From NCBI RefSeq assembly GCF_964355755.1, contig NC_092674.1:4526001-4590000 (forward strand): 64,000 bases of DNA, given 5' to 3'. A model generated the notes under the pieces. It saw only the letters and a list, made by a program, of their open reading frames with translations, was not told the origin of the DNA and ran no database searches. Both the position numbers and the translations under genes were made by a program. This stretch comes from Antedon mediterranea (lineage: Eukaryota; Animalia; Echinodermata). Shown here one piece after another: positions 1-11,600 of this stretch; position 1 is the stretch's first letter, and the number at the start of each line of letters is the position of its first letter.

Positions 1-209
1 TTGCCCGCTCGATTCATAGTCTGTAGGAAAGCAGTGAGGCTGACTTCCGCTCCAGTCGCCGCATGAATGGCACACACGTACAGGGCTTCCAGACCCTGCG
101 TTATAATTACTATTACAGAAGAAAGTGACATTGCTTCCGTAAGAGAAATCAGTACCAATTCTAACTCCGTCTCCTATAAGACCTGGATCAGAACAATCTT
201 GTGAGAAAC
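1..209 (-). CDS. Gene 1 exon 15 (partial): Sushi/CCP domain
   Basis: Acceptor cttcag. Translates [54 protein letters not shown], matching C-x-x-P...G-x-x-V-x-F-x-C...C-x-x-x-G-x-W-S-x-x-x-P-x-C. Confidence 0.88.
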
Positions 210-2570
210 CTGAAGAAAAAGACATATTAATATAATTATATTACTGCAGCTAAAACTGATGTTATTAATTCTTTGACCATAAAGGCAAAATCACCTTCCT
301 AAATAATTGTATAAAGATCCATTTTACACACTTCCGATGTAAACTCTTCCTTACTTAACTTCCTCTCGTTCACCATAAAAAATGGAAGTGATGACTCTAA
401 GCTTACCTTGGAGAACAAACTTTATGTCTTGGCAGGCAGAACTATCCAGTACCTCTCTGATGTTATTTTCGGAGAAAATGCTTCTGCCGGCTAAAGTAGC
501 TGAACACCTTGAGTACTCCCCAGTGCCAACGACAAATTCTTGGCTCCCAGAGCAAGGTGCAGTCAGAACGATGTTACCGCCCTGTTTAAAATTGAAACAC
601 GTCTGACCATTCTCGTCCGTTTGTTTAGATTGTGTATACGCAAAATCCGTTCCCGAAAGACTGTAAATAAATGTTAAAATAAAAATATTATAATCGAATT
701 CGACAGCTTCAATAGTATTAATGATTCATTCATTCATTCATTCATTTATTTATACAAAGCAAATTTCAAAATATGTTGACAAAGTATGAATCAAGTTAAT
801 ATAAATGCATTGTATCTGGAGACAACACAAATAAGCTCAAAGAGCTTTACAACAGGTTCCACCAGGAAAAAAGTTGTATAAAAAAATGTTGATCAAATGT
901 TCATAGACAGAGACAAACAGGGGTTACAGACGGTACATACACTACGCAAGAGACCAAGTATAGACAAAGACAAGACAAACAAACAAATAAATAAATAAGG
1001 GTAAAAGAGGTGTTTGAAATAGGTCAAAATTTGGGTGAAATATTAAGTTGGTTTGTATTTTGATATTAGGTATTTTTTGTATTTTGATTTAAATATGATG
1101 AAACTATAATCAAATAAAGACTTGTTAAGGGAGTTCCATAGTAAGGGGCCTGTGTGGATAATTGAATTTCTGGAAGAGTGTCGATTTAGGTTAGATTGGA
1201 CGTATTTGTTTGAATTTCGGGTATTATATTTGTGAAGCTCGTTATTTTTTTGAAAAAATCTTTTTAAGGTATTAGGAAGTGTGTTATTGGAAAGTCGATA
1301 CATGAAAAGGGCTGTCTGTAATTTGTTTATGTCAAAGATATTTAGGGTGTTTAGATCATGGAAAAGCAGTTTAGTATGTGAGAGATAATTTGATTGGGTA
1401 CATATACGGACTGCTGCCTTCTTTTGGAGTTTGAATAGTCTGTCAAGTTTAGTTGTTTCAGTACTAAGCCATGGACAAAGAGTTTGATGCGTTGAATCTG
1501 TTGCTGCCCAGACAGTGTTACAATAGAAGAGGTGAGGCAAGATGAGTGTATTGTACAAAGAAGTGATGATTTTAGGAGGTAATGTAGATTTTAGTTTATT
1601 TAGTACACCAATGGTTTTGGAGATATTATTGGAGATTTTAGCTATATGAAGCTTCCAGTTTAATTTGTTGTCTATTTGAACACCAAGAAATGATGTGCTT
1701 TCAACTTGTTTGATAGGGGTGTGATCGATGTATATATTTGCATTCGGATTGTTATTAGTTTTTTTGTTAGTGGAGAAGTGAATGTAGTTTGTTTTACTGA
1801 TGTTAAGGGATAACTTATTTAGTTTGAACCAGTTTGAAACATTGCTGATTTCATTGTTGAAGGTTCTTGTTAGAGTGTTGAAATCAGGATGGGAAAGGAA
1901 GATATTGGTATCATCAGCAAATTGAACATATGAAAAAGAGTTTGAAGCATGGATTAAGTCATTAACATAGATTAAGAAGAGAAGGGGGCCCAGAATGGAT
2001 CTTTGAGGAACGCCGCATGTAACAGGAAGAAGTTCAGAAAAGTGGGAGTTATAGGAAGTAAATTGCGTTCTATTATTCAGGTAGTTCGTAAGAAGAGAAA
2101 GTGGTATGCCTCGGATGCCATAAAATGATCACTATTCACTGCCTCAATTGAACCAAATAAACACATAAATTGTGTAGGCCTACAAATAACTAACATATTG
2201 ACACTCTCACAAAATTCATAAAAGCCTACGTGATCATGGTATTGCCGGCTGGGCTGATACAATCGGGATCGTTGCAGGCTCTGACGGTAACGCAATTGGA
2301 ATCGGAAAAAACGCGATCAGCGTTCCACCATGTGAAATGCGTCGCATTGTAAACCCACACCGTGTCACCATGTACGTTGGTAGTAACTAAACCTTCACCG
2401 TCCTCGATCCAAAGGCCTAAAAAGAAATGGTAACGATTGATAATATATTGTCACTAACAAAACGTAGGTTAGGCACTAACTAAGCTCACTAGAGACGCAA
2501 AGTAACGCAATCTACGGAACGTAAGAAAATGCCTTCCAATCATTCTGTTTGCCCCCGCCAGCGTGAAATC

Positions 2571-2629
<59 letters not shown>

Positions 2630-5600
2630 TCTCTTTTTCGTATCTATTTACAGCACTGTTGCGTCGTCGGTTCCCACTTGCGATTACGCAATACATCACT
2701 TTGCGTCGATACGTCGCTGCGTTACGTTGCGTTCTAGTTGGAACCACGCTTAAACAGACAATGATATTTATTATCTATTATTATTATCATTGAAAAATAA
2801 TAATAATGTGATTTGTTAATCACTGAAAAAATGTATTCATTCAAGTTTCTTACCTTTTTGTTTATCATAAAAATAAGCGCCAATTTTTTCACCGACGTCT
2901 GGCGCATTTTCAACAGAATTCAGAGGAAACTCTAATGTAACCTGGCCAAGTAAAGCTACTTCCTGGCGTCCAGATTTGGCAATTACTGTAATTTCAGCCA
3001 TTCCAAAACTTTCCAACGGCTGACGTTCATAACCTGTAAAAGTACAATAGTTATTTATATGACTTAACATTTTACTTGCGTAATAGAGGGAATCATGTAA
3101 CGATGACGCCACTATCTTGTTGGGTACAAATTGGTTTTGTATTTGGTAGATTTTAAAAAGGAATAAGCATAAGGCCAAAATCATATATTATCTTGCACAC
3201 AGTAAGCTAAGACTACACCAATTTATTGAACTCTAATGTACCGTATAGTAAGTTAAGTCAATTTAGAAAATTTAACCTCTCTCAAACTCTAATCAACCGC
3301 ATAGTAAGTTAAGTAAATTTGAAAATGTAACTTCTCTCAAACTCTAATCAACCGCATAGTAAGTTAAGTAAATTTTAGAAAATTTAACTTCTCTCAAGTA
3401 CAATCTACCGTATAGTAAGTTAAGTAAATTTTTAAAGTTTAACTTCTATCAAACTTTAATCAACCACATGGTAAGTTAAGTAAATTTTGAAAAAAACTTG
3501 TGTTTGAAATTATAAATACGTCAGAAACTAATAGCTTTTGCAATATAAATTAATTGCAGATGCTTGTTCGCGCCATTTCTGTCTATTTATAGTAGATACT
3601 AAAGCTTGGTTCCCACTAGAACGTAATGCAAGGACGTAAACGCAACGCAAGCGTTTTAACCAATGACAAGCGAAGTTATAGACGGTTAGCAATCACAAGC
3701 GAATAAGCCATCGCTTATGATTGGTCGCTAGTGGGAACCACGCTCAATACAATACTAGAATGTTCCACATACCTCTACCACTAACAATAGAAGCGCCAAC
3801 AAGCTCAGGAGCTCGTGCCAGTATCAAAGGATCACTGATGTCTATGTGTCTCAAAGCCACCTCTATTACCTGTCCATCAAGATCGTCAGAAAGTGAGCCT
3901 GTAAAAGCAATTGGAAGATTATAATACGTTGAATACAGTAAACTATCCATAGGTTGATCGACATTTTCAAAATACCACTAGTTATGCGAAATTGATGATT
4001 TTTCGAAAAAAAATCCCCGTAGGCTACTATAAATGTTTCGAAAAATTACCAATTTTCTAGAAAAAAAATCACTGTAGGCTACAATAACAATGTTGGAAAA
4101 TATCGATCTTGTTATTGTTTGACATAACTGGTTACCATGGCTCTATAAAAGGATGATAATATGCGTATGATCAAACTATTGAATTTTGAAAAGTCGATAT
4201 TTTCCCAATTAAATCTATGAAAACGTATATTGACTTACCTGCAGGGAATGTCACAGCGTAACCGCCATCTTGACCAACAAAGCCCTCATCACCTCTTCCT
4301 GTTGAAGAGGGATTGAAATAGAACTCCATACGCTCCGATTCATCCTTGTTGTAAGTGAAATCCTTAGTCAGTGAAACAGATGTTCTATCCAATTCAAATT
4401 GAATGACATTTTCTGAGTAAAAATGACAAAATATTAATTAATTTAAGTGTAGAAAGAATTATTTTCTCAAATGTTTTCATTTTCATGCTGCTACTTTAGC
4501 CAGCTACGTCCCCAGAGGACTACTCATTCATAAGCAGCAGTTGTAGTACTAGAGGCCGACGTTTTTGTTTTTTTGTAAACGTCATGCTAAAATTACAAAT
4601 CCCAAAGCAAAGCTGTCAGATAATCATTAAATTATTATTAAAACAGTCTATTAAAGTTTGTTTGTAATGGGATACGTCACACTTGAAGTATCTAGGCTTG
4701 ATGAAGACTTGACTTTAGCAATAGAATAAACTATAGTGACAGAAATCGAGTATGTTCCATTTCAAAGTAGGAATTCTTGTTGTATTTTACTTCAAATACA
4801 AGTTATTAACTTCGCTAAAAAATAATATTTATTTACGTATAAAAAGAGAAAAGAAACGTTTAATTATAACCCAAAAACAAAAAGTTTTTTTTTTTTCAGG
4901 TAAATAATTGTTTAGTTAACGTGAATAACTATTATGTGACACTAAAATGACACTTTCAAAAACAAATTTGAAATAAAAAATATTTTTCAGAGGGACAATA
5001 TATATCTTTAAACTGTTACGTCAATAAGCGATCAGCGTTTTTTGTAAGAAATATTTCTGGCTTTTCACTTCTCCCTAGTGCAAGCAACCGCAGCCCGTTA
5101 TAACAGTACATGCGCAGTTAAGAAGACGTTTATTTTGTAACATTGTGGACGGTACACGCGCTGTCGGCAAGAGACAATGGATAATTGATCTCAGATTGAT
5201 TGTACTGTGATTGGCTGTACTATACTGCGTTTAGAAACGAGGTGAATATTATTAGGACCAGATTTGTCTTCTTGTTGTGCTATAAACTATACATCATAAA
5301 TACATCTCGTTAACCACTTACTTCCTGGAACAACGCTATATGTTTTTGAGGTGTCTAAGTATCCCTTCTTGGACACTGCAACAATGAACGCTTCACCAGT
5401 GGGAACGTTGAGTTCTGCAAATCCTTCATCATTTGTTGGTCTTTTGTCGAATTCTTCAGTGACGATTGATGCGTTATCACTCATTGTAAAGATATTAACG
5501 GTTGCCGCCTCTACTGGAACCCCAGGTTGCTTCTCATCTTCTACTACAACTATTAACTTCTTCTCTACCTCTGGAAAAGTAAAGGGAATTTAGCGTTACG

Positions 5601-8600
5601 CAAGACATTCACGATGTTAATAAAATCTAACATATATCATTCAATAGCTCTTACGAGATACTCTGCGCCCCGTACTCAGATTGTTGATATTAAATAATAT
5701 GGTTTTCTTTTTCCCTTATCAAATTCTTTAAATGATGAGAATTATGGGTGGAGTTGCATATTCTTTTAACGTAAAAATTGTTTATGCCTTGACAATTGCT
5801 TACTTATACAAGTGATACCATCTCCAACATAACCAACTGGACAGGTTCTGCATACGAATAATTTTGCCAAAGGATCTTCTGGGTTTGGACCAATATCTAT
5901 GCATTCAACTCCGATAAAGCAAGGATTGTTATCACAAGTTCTTTCATCTAAAGTATAATCATAAATACACAGATAAATACACATTTTCACCGCCAATACT
6001 GCAACCACCATATCAACATTATAATCATTAACAACATTAACGTCATCATTAACCACATTAACGTCATCATTAACCACATTAACGTCATCATTAACGTCAT
6101 CATTAACCACATTAACGTCATCATTAATCACAATATTCAGAAATCTGAAATCTGGTGCTAGCAGCGGTTTCGATGACATTAAACCAGATATTATCAAATC
6201 TGTTGGGGAATTAATAGCATCTCCACTTGTTCATATTTTCAATTTATCACTAGCTACCGGTATTGTCCCGGAGAAGCTGAAAATTGCCAAGATAATTCCC
6301 GTCTTTAAACATGGTGAGACTGATAAATTTAGCAATTATAGGCCCATCTCGGTACTGCCCGTTTTCTCCAAAGTTTTAGAACGTATAATTCATAAAAGAC
6401 TCTATAATTATTTTTCTCGATTTAACTTATTGCAAGAGAACCAATTTGGTTTCCGCCCAAATATGTCTACTGAAATGGCTGTTCTACAAGCATATGATAA
6501 CATAATCTCTGAATTAGATAAGAAAAAGCATGTTCTTGGGATATTTCTGGACCTTTCAAAGGCCTTTGACACCGTCAATCACGACATTCTCCTGTCGAAA
6601 CTACAGCATTATGGTATACGTGGTGTTGCCTTTGATTGGTTCAGAAGTTACCTGACGGATAGAAAGCAATATATCTCTTTTAATTATCATAGTTCTTCTT
6701 CTTTAAACATTTGTTGTGGTGTTCCACAGGGCTCAATTTTAGGCCCGCTACTCTTTATTATTTACATTAATGATTTAGCAAACATCTGTAAACATTCCAA
6801 TCTTATTTTATATGCAGATGACACTAACCTTTTAATTTCAGATAATGTTTTAATGTTTGGTTTAATGTTAATTCCGATCTCTCGACTATCTCGAGTTGGT
6901 TTAAAGCAAATAAGTTATCGCTTAATGCTAATAAAACTAATTATATGATTTTTAAGAACAGATATAGTAACCGTGTTTACAATGACCTTAACATTTTCAT
7001 TGATAATAATAACATCTCTCGTGTAACTAGTTGTAAATTTCTTGGTGTAATAATGGACGAATGCTTAACCTGGAATCAACATACAATCCATATTGCAAAC
7101 TTAGTTTCAAAATATTCTGGTATTCTTTTTAGGCTAAAACCAATTTTACATGTCAATGTTCTATCATCCTTATACAAGACTCTAGTCCTTCCTCATATTC
7201 AATACTGCAGCTTGATTTGGGCTGACCACAATAACTGTCGCCTTGAAACTGTTTATCGCAAACAAAAGCGCATAATGCGTTTATGCACAAATTCTCAATT
7301 CCTTGAGCATTCACCACCATTATTTGCTAGTCTTAACAACTTAACTGTGTATGATATTCATAAGATATCAAAAGGTGTTTTCATGTACAAATTTAAGAAT
7401 AATTTATTACCAGCTAACTTTTCTAATTATTTTGTTAAAGTAAACTCAGTTCATAATTATGGCATCAGGTCCTTTGATACTTATCGTCCTTATAATTTTG
7501 TTACCGATATGGGTAGAAACACTATCAGAGGACATGGTCCAATTTTATGGAACAGTATTGATGCTTCTATTCGTAATTCATCATCTGTCAAAGTATTTAA
7601 AAAGTTGTATAAAAATAATTTGCTCTTAACTTATCAATGAGTGTTACAAATATGTTTACATGTACATTGTTCTTTTGCTTTTTTGATTTTATCGCACTAT
7701 CTTTGAGTTCATATGCCAACATGTTTAGCTAGTATTGTCTCGTCCTGTGCTTCAATTATGTTTGTATCATGTCTTAATTATTTTGTTAAGGTGGCCAAAT
7801 ACTGTATGAGCTTTGCTCTTTTTTGGTCATCCTTCCATTTTTGCTATATATTCATGACACTTGTTTTATTGGAAAATAAAAACCGAATCTGAATCTGAAA
7901 CATTAACATCATCATTAACCACATTAACGTCATCATTAACCACATTAACGTCATCATTAACCACATTAACGTCATCATTAACCACATTAACGTCATCATT
8001 AACCACATTAACGTCATCATTAACCACATTAACGTCATCATTAACCACATTAACGTCATCATTAACCACATTAACGTCATCATTAACCACATTAACGTCA
8101 TCATTAACCACATTAACGTCATCATTAACAACAGTAACGTCATCCATCATTAACCACATCAACGTCATCATCAACATCATAATAACCATACCACCATCAC
8201 TATTACATTTAGTTCGTTATCATAATCATCACATTCATATTAAATTTTTCAAAAATTGTTATTTGTATAAAATACAGAAAAATCATCCTCGTCGAAATCA
8301 GTGTTATCATTTAATCAGCGTCATTATCTCATTGTCACTAATCATAACAGCTAGTGCTTATTGCAAAAAAACCCCAAAAACCTTCGAATATACGTACCTA
8401 TCTTAGTACACTGTACACCATCACCGGTGTACCCAGTTTTGCACCTGCAGCCATAGCCTGGGTCTAGGTTAATACAGTCTGCATTGGCGTTACAATTGTT
8501 AGGATAATCACATTCATTTCGATCTATAAAGTAAATAAATCAATACTTGTAGAATTTCTTGGAAAATTAAATAAATAATTCACTTTTCAATGATGAATAA

Positions 8601-11600
8601 ATTTAATTGCGATATCGAGAAAAAATCACAACAAGCTATTCAATCGCAACGTCAATGATTTTACAATCCCAATCAATGCATTATCCGAACTGTCGCTTCT
8701 GATTGGGCAAACCGCTTGCGTTGCGTCTGCAGTGGGAACCAAGCTTGAATGCGCATTATATACGTACCTCTACATACGAGTTGTTTCTTGCCATCAATTA
8801 CGTCATAGTTGAAACTAAGACCTTCAGGGCATGAACAGAAAAAGTTACCGAATGTGTTCCTACAGACACGATCGGCAGCACAGTTGTCCAGCTGCTCTTT
8901 GCATTCATCAATATCTGAAATTGTCGAAGAAAAGTATATATATGAAACCTAAAATAACAATAGGTGTGGGGAATCTTGTCCAAAATAGATAAATTTGTGT
9001 CCAAAATAGGGAAATATTTTGTCCAGAATAACGACAAAAACGATAGGTGGCGCTATATCGTGTCCAAAATAGGGAAGCTGTCCAATAATATAGAGAAATC
9101 CGATTTGTCCAAAATGGAGAAGTGTCCTAAATAGAGAAGTCTTCACGTCTTCAGTAAGTATTCGGAATTTTAGAAATAGAAATGGATCATGATGGTATAA
9201 AACCACATCAATTATTATTATTGTCATTTATTCTTTATACTGGTAGGGCCCAGTGTATATACGATGGGTCTGTTGTGTGTAAACTAGTACACAGGGGTAA
9301 CTCCCTACTCGTCTCGAAAGATGTACTAGGTTCTTTAAAGTGCACATGAGCCAGATATGTACACTGAACCTACGGTTTATAGTCCTTATCCGAGAAGATT
9401 TGTTCTACCACAGAACCATGGTCCGAGTGAGCCTCGAACCCTTGCCGATGCTATGGCTACGTAATTACGGTTCCACTGTCTTAACCGCTCAGTCACTCAC
9501 TCACTACAATATGAATGTATAGAAAGCCCCATGAGCTCATCGCCTCTCCCTTCCCCGTTACTTACCAATGCAAGAGAGACCATTTGGAGCTAGTCTGAGA
9601 CCGTCGGGACAGATGCACCGGAAACCATTGTCGTACTGCTCACAACCAACAACGCACCTGTAAGCATCACATCGGTTATCTCCTATTTATTCAAAAAGCA
9701 TAAATAAAATCATAATTTTATAAGTAAAGCTCGGTCAAACTAGTTTGACAAAAAGAGTGTGATTTGCCAAATATGGCAGTGATATGCCCAAATAGGCACC
9801 ACTAGCTCTTTTTTAGATATGTAATAAGTGAATGTTTTAAGGTTTTTTATTCATATGTTTTTAATTTTATGGTACGATATCTAATTTTAATAAGATGTTT
9901 CTATTTTTATAGCAATTTAAACAAATTTTTAGTCATTTGTAATACAATTCATTTCAGTCCTTGACTGTCGTTTTGTAATATATTTTTATATACCGAATAA
10001 ATTTAAAAAAAAAAAAAAAATATGTAGTGATATGACATCATCATGTCCATATATGGGCACATCACGTTTTGTTCTCACATAAAGTTTAATAGTGTAGACA
10101 TAACCTTAGAATGATCAGTATAGATAGAAGTGCTTATAAACCATGAAATATGGTAGTGATATGATATGTTGTGGATCTTACTTGAGCAGGTGTACTGATC
10201 TTGTTGAAGAACATATCCATGGTCACAGTAACACTTGTAGCTACCAAGTGTATTCATACAACGTTGGGTACAACGCCATGGCATATCACCACATTCATTG
10301 TAATCTATTGTAACAAAAACACAAAAATGTTCAATTTCTATTTATTTAATATACAATAACATAGTTAGTTAGGTAACATATAAACTTGTGTACAGTATAT
10401 ATAAGCCTATAAAATGACGGAAAAACAATCTGTGACATGGGGGCGGGGGTGCGGTGGTCAGATATGTCAGAAAGACTTTAAGTTCGACCCATTCCAATAT
10501 ATAAAATATATAACATTAAATACTAGTATACGAAAACAATTACATGAACTAATAAAATAAAAACAAAGCTTTCTTTTAAAACCTGTTACATGAATGGAGC
10601 AAAGTTTTAAACTTACCTTGATTGCAGATGGGACCTGTGAACCCTTTGTCGCACTGGCATTTGTTTGGACCCACACACTTGCCGTGGACACATTCCTGCT
10701 CACAGATAGCTGTGGTTGAAACAAAAAGCAAGACAAAGTGTTACTGGAAGTACGGGGCGCCGTTTGAGACAATTATATTTTATGGTAACAAAAACAGCCT
10801 GTCTGAACATCGTAGCAGGAATAATTCTGTTCAAACTTTAATTTTACACAGACAGATAGAAAGCTAACTAATCTAGTTACTTCTGGTTATTATAGTATGT
10901 ACTGTATACGAGTTATGAAACCATGTATTGCGTAATCCTGGAGGATGTGCGCCTCCGTAAAACATTCATGTTCAAGGTCAAAATGTGTTCATAACACAAA
11001 ACATCACGACGGAAGCTGCCATGGTCTGATCTTTCCTTTTAAACAAAGGATTCTTTAAAAAAATACTTCTTACAACGTGTTAAATACATCAACTTTATGC
11101 TACGTATTTTAGGTACAAAATCTGTTTTTAGATTGCTTTACTGCTAACAATCTAACTGCTAAAAAAAAAAAATCAACATTTAGTAATTTCTATCAATGGT
11201 CCAATATTAAACAAAGAAACATAATATTTTTGATACCAAATATGTAAGGTATCTTGTTCTGTTTCTATACTTACGAATACATTGACCTCCTACTCTTTTC
11301 CATCCGTAACAACAATCTCGTTTTGAATGAATTCCATATTTACAAAGAACATTATTGATAGATGGTTTTGATTGTTTAGTAACCTTATCTGGTCTTTTGG
11401 CGGAAGCCTCTGTAACGAAAGCTTGCCCTCCAACATTGAATGTACCGCTACCGGCTGCACCCGATGGTTTCTTTGTCGGGGCTGCTTCTGTTACCTCGTC
11501 GTGGCTCATTACCCCGAACCCTCCTGATGGTCTCTTTGGTGGTGGGGCCTTAGTAGTAAGTTCAATCTCATCGTGGCTAACTATCCCAAACCCTCCTGAT

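Noticed and set aside
5226-5279. Extra phase-1 exon in gene 1 ([18 protein letters not shown])
   Set aside because: It would need a 42-nt intron and a weak donor. Exon 9 already joins exon 10 in frame.
6130-7640. RT as a retron, DGR or domesticated gene
   Set aside because: Typical CR1/L2-group motifs, 5' truncation, a frameshift and a simple-repeat tail indicate an ordinary dead LINE copy.
7844-8406. Repetitive ORFs ([21 protein letters not shown])
   Set aside because: Translations of the 21-bp minisatellite.
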